Assembly: GCA_951406725.2 (NCBI GenBank)
Contig: OX597825.1
Location: forward strand, 80,166,001-80,230,000
DNA: 64,000 bases
Source: Octopus vulgaris
Taxonomy: Eukaryota
Direction: 5' to 3'
Positions 60,876 through 64,000 of the stretch are shown here, piece by piece. The translations under genes were made by a program, and so were the position numbers. The notes below the pieces were generated by a model, which made no database searches, was not told the origin of the DNA, and saw nothing but the letters and a program-made list of their open reading frames with translations. Each line of letters begins with the position of its first letter. Within the stretch, counting starts at the first letter, position 1.

Positions 60876-61189
60876 GAGTAAAAATTATTTGCCAACATAA
60901 CATGGCAGTCCTGGTTTAGGACGAATGTTGCTGTAATTTAGCCCCAGGAGACATCGTCTCCAGCTGGTTGTACGACACGATCTGTCCTTATATTTTTGTG
61001 TATCAGAAATCGCGATACACAGATATTGTTTTGAGCTGAGTGAGGGTGCTAGATTCCCTTGTTCGAAAATATAAGGACACAGATCATGTCATATTAGCCA
61101 GCTGGAGACGATGTCTCCTGGGGCTAAATTACAGCAACATTAGTCCTAAACCAGGACTGCCATGTTATGTTGGCAAATAATCTTTACTC
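60876..61189. mobile_element. Palindromic MITE with ~120-bp TIRs, superfamily uncertain (GAG...CTC ends)
   Basis: GAGTAAAAATTATTTGCCAACATAACATGGCAGTCC... mirrored by ...GGACTGCCATGTTATGTTGGCAAATAATCTTTACTC; ~70-nt spacer; no clear TSD. Confidence 0.75.
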
Positions 61190-63340
61190 CAAAAGATTTC
61201 GTATCTGTACAATTCTTTCTTTGCCATAGCATTGGGCAACCATAAGGTACCAACTCACCGGAGACCACTCCTGGTTCTCAGATACAAATTTCCTGAAATT
61301 AAAACCACCTATCAAAATAATTCATATTCCAAATGCCAGTTATTTTACTAAATTTACTATAGTTTACTAATTTACTACAGTTATTTCACTAAATTCTTCG
61401 TTATTTTCAAAAATAATTGAAGCAACAGAGATATGTTAACATAAAGGTTAATTTTTTTTGTCTGGCTTCTTTTCAACCCTCACAGGCCCACCTCCTTTGA
61501 AAAACACTGAACTAATGGGTGAAAGGTGAACAGAAGTTTCTCCTTTCACTGAGGTTCAATGAATATAAATATCTGAACTTTGGACGACTGACTGCTATCT
61601 TAACCTCTCAGGTCAGACGTACAAATGACCGAATACAGTCAATAAATTGATTAAAAAGAGACATTAATAACCATTAATCATTCTTTGGCACTTTGTTTAT
61701 TTTTTACTAATTGTCAAACATCAAACAGATTTGTAACAAAGCAGTAAACATTCACCGATTCTGATCTTACAAAATACATGGTTTCTGCAAGACCAAAGCT
61801 TTTGGTGTGTTGGTGATCTGCTGTGCTTGAGAAGAGCTGTCAATCCAAATGGAATCGTAGTTGTGGCTGATGCTGGTGTCACATAACTGGCACCCGTGCC
61901 AGCGACACATAAAAAGCACCTTTTCGGCGTTGGGCCTCACGGAGGTAAAATGGCTGAGTTCCTTTTGAGTGTTGGGTCTCATGGAGGCAATGACCGAGAC
62001 CTTTGGCATTATTTTGTGTTTGAGAAGAAAACCCATGATGCCATGCAAAATCACAATCGTTGCAGAGACCAGTGTCACGCAAATGGCACCTGTGCCAGTG
62101 GTATGTAAAAGCACCCATTGTACTGTTGGAGTGGTTGGTATTAGGAAGAGCATCAAGCTGTAGAAAACCATGTCAAATCAGACTGGAGTGCAGCCTCCCA
62201 GCTTACCAGCCCTGGTCAAACCTTCCAACCCATGGATGCTACATGATGATGATGATATCTGTTTCTACCTACATTTCTTTAATTATCTGTCGTTATTATC
62301 TTATATTTTTAACTTATTTCAATCATTAAAGTGTGGCCATGCTGGAGCACCATTATCTTGAAGAATTTTTAGTTAAATGAATTGACCCCAGGACTTAATT
62401 TTCTTTTTTTCTCTTTTAAACATGTCACTTATTTTATCAATCTCTTTTTGCTGAACTACTAACCAATGGGGACGTAAACACACCAATACCAGTTGCTAGG
62501 TGGTCGTGGGGAACAAACATGGACAAACAGGATGGGCTTCTTTCAGTTTCCATCAACCAAATCCACTCACGAGGCTTTGATTGGCCATAGGCTATAGTAG
62601 AAGACACTCACCCAAGGTGCCATGCAGAAGGACTGAACCCAGAACCATGTGGTTGGGAAGCAAGCTTCTTACCACACAGCCACACCTGCACCTATGGATA
62701 ATTTCCTCTTCCACCAGCATGGTACTGTTTCACCCAACTTGCAGCCATTTACATCACATACTCCAAATTTGATAGCATTTTCCTGCATCAATTTACCAAT
62801 ATCTTTGATGCCTTACAATCAGTTGCTTTGCACTTTCAAAGAACTTTTGGGGTAAAAGATTCCTTATTTGAAAAACAGTTACGGGTTAGGAACAAGAAAA
62901 GCATCCAGCTGTAAAATCCTGCCTCAAATAACTCCCCCACTGAACTAGTGTGTGTGTGCATGCACACACGTGTAGCTATAAACACAACACAACCCTATAT
63001 GAAATTGAAATTTGAAAAACACATAATTGTAAAGAAAAGGAAAAATTCTAAACAGATGACTGGTTTGTACTGAAAGCTGTTGTATTGTATTGTAGGCCAA
63101 CAATAAACGTATGAAAGGAGGAGGAGAATGAATAAAATATTTGAAAGCAGCCAAAATGTACAATGGACTATGTAAGAGAAACGACTATGAAACTATTTAG
63201 TGTAAAATTACTGAAATAACTTGTGTAGGACACTTTCTTTTCCTGCAGAATAAATACGTATACTACTGCATTCGTGATTTTAAAAAATGTCTTCCCTTAT
63301 CTCTGTCTGTCTACATCTCTGTATCTCTCTACTTAATTAT

Positions 63341-63480
63341 GTCTATCTATCTATCTATCTATTGAGCTACCTATCTATCTATCTATCTATTGAGCTGCCT
63401 ATCTATCTATCTATCAATCTATCTATGTCTGTCTATCTATCTATCTATGTTCATTTATCTACATCTCTATCTGCCTATCT
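63341..63480. repeat. (TCTA)n degenerate microsatellite
   Basis: Direct read. Confidence 0.9.
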
Positions 63481-63533
63481 TTGATATACATTAATTTCCA
63501 TGGAGACTGCCTTCATCTATGGAGTCTTTTTAA

Positions 63534-63755
63534 CCCATAAGCATTTAAACTGGCCATATCTGAGACCCAAATATTCAACCTGTTTTGTATTCAAACTAGC
63601 CAGATCCGGTCTTTCACACCTACCCTACAATGTCATATTAAAAATAAGCGATCACATCATTGAAATCTCAGAGCCATGAGATAATTCCTGATTAATTCAA
63701 AACAATGTGAATAAATAAGCATTACATTTGACAGATTGATCTGAATGCAAAAGGG
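63534..63755. mobile_element. piggyBac-like MITE (family 2, opposite orientation)
   Basis: TTAA|CCC...AAAGGG|TTAA; reverse complement of 49842-50055. Confidence 0.75.
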
Positions 63756-64000
63756 TTAAGGAATAAAGATTCCTGACTGCTTTATTGAAATATCCTGGTT
63801 TGGGGGAGAGTTATCCCATGTCTTAAGAGGTGACTGAAAGTGTTGGGGTCTAGAAGAGCATCCATCCATTAAACACTGCCTGCAAAAAAAAGAAAAAAAG
63901 TTGTCCCCAACCCATGCCAGCATGGAAAAGTGGATATGGTGACCTTGATGCAAATGATTGCTTTAAAACAACAACAACAACAACTAAAGATAGCAAACAA

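Overview
This is AT-rich, intron-rich animal genomic DNA, most likely from an octopus (inferred from the tRNA-derived SINE families and the microsatellite load, not verified). It holds two convergent genes. On the + strand is the last coding exon of AMACR (1587-1993), which ends in the peroxisomal signal SKL. On the - strand is a RIN/sprint-family Rab5 GEF (SH2, long Ser-rich linker, VPS9, RA). I reconstructed it by hand as 17 GT-AG coding exons with consistent phases, 54397 down to 4917, about 1307 aa. The introns are filled with SINEs, a LINE/SINE-derived tail family, piggyBac-, hAT- and Tigger-like MITEs, a Helitron and microsatellites. Almost all other ORFs in the track are repeat-derived noise. 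The most interesting signal is a set of Penelope-like fold-back insertions carrying minimal type I hammerhead ribozymes. One family fuses a tRNA-like Pol III head to a hammerhead tail (3 loci, one with a 12-bp TSD). A second family has a compensatory G3-C8 core (GUGAACA instead of CUGANGA). A third is a single copy with a CCGAUGA core.
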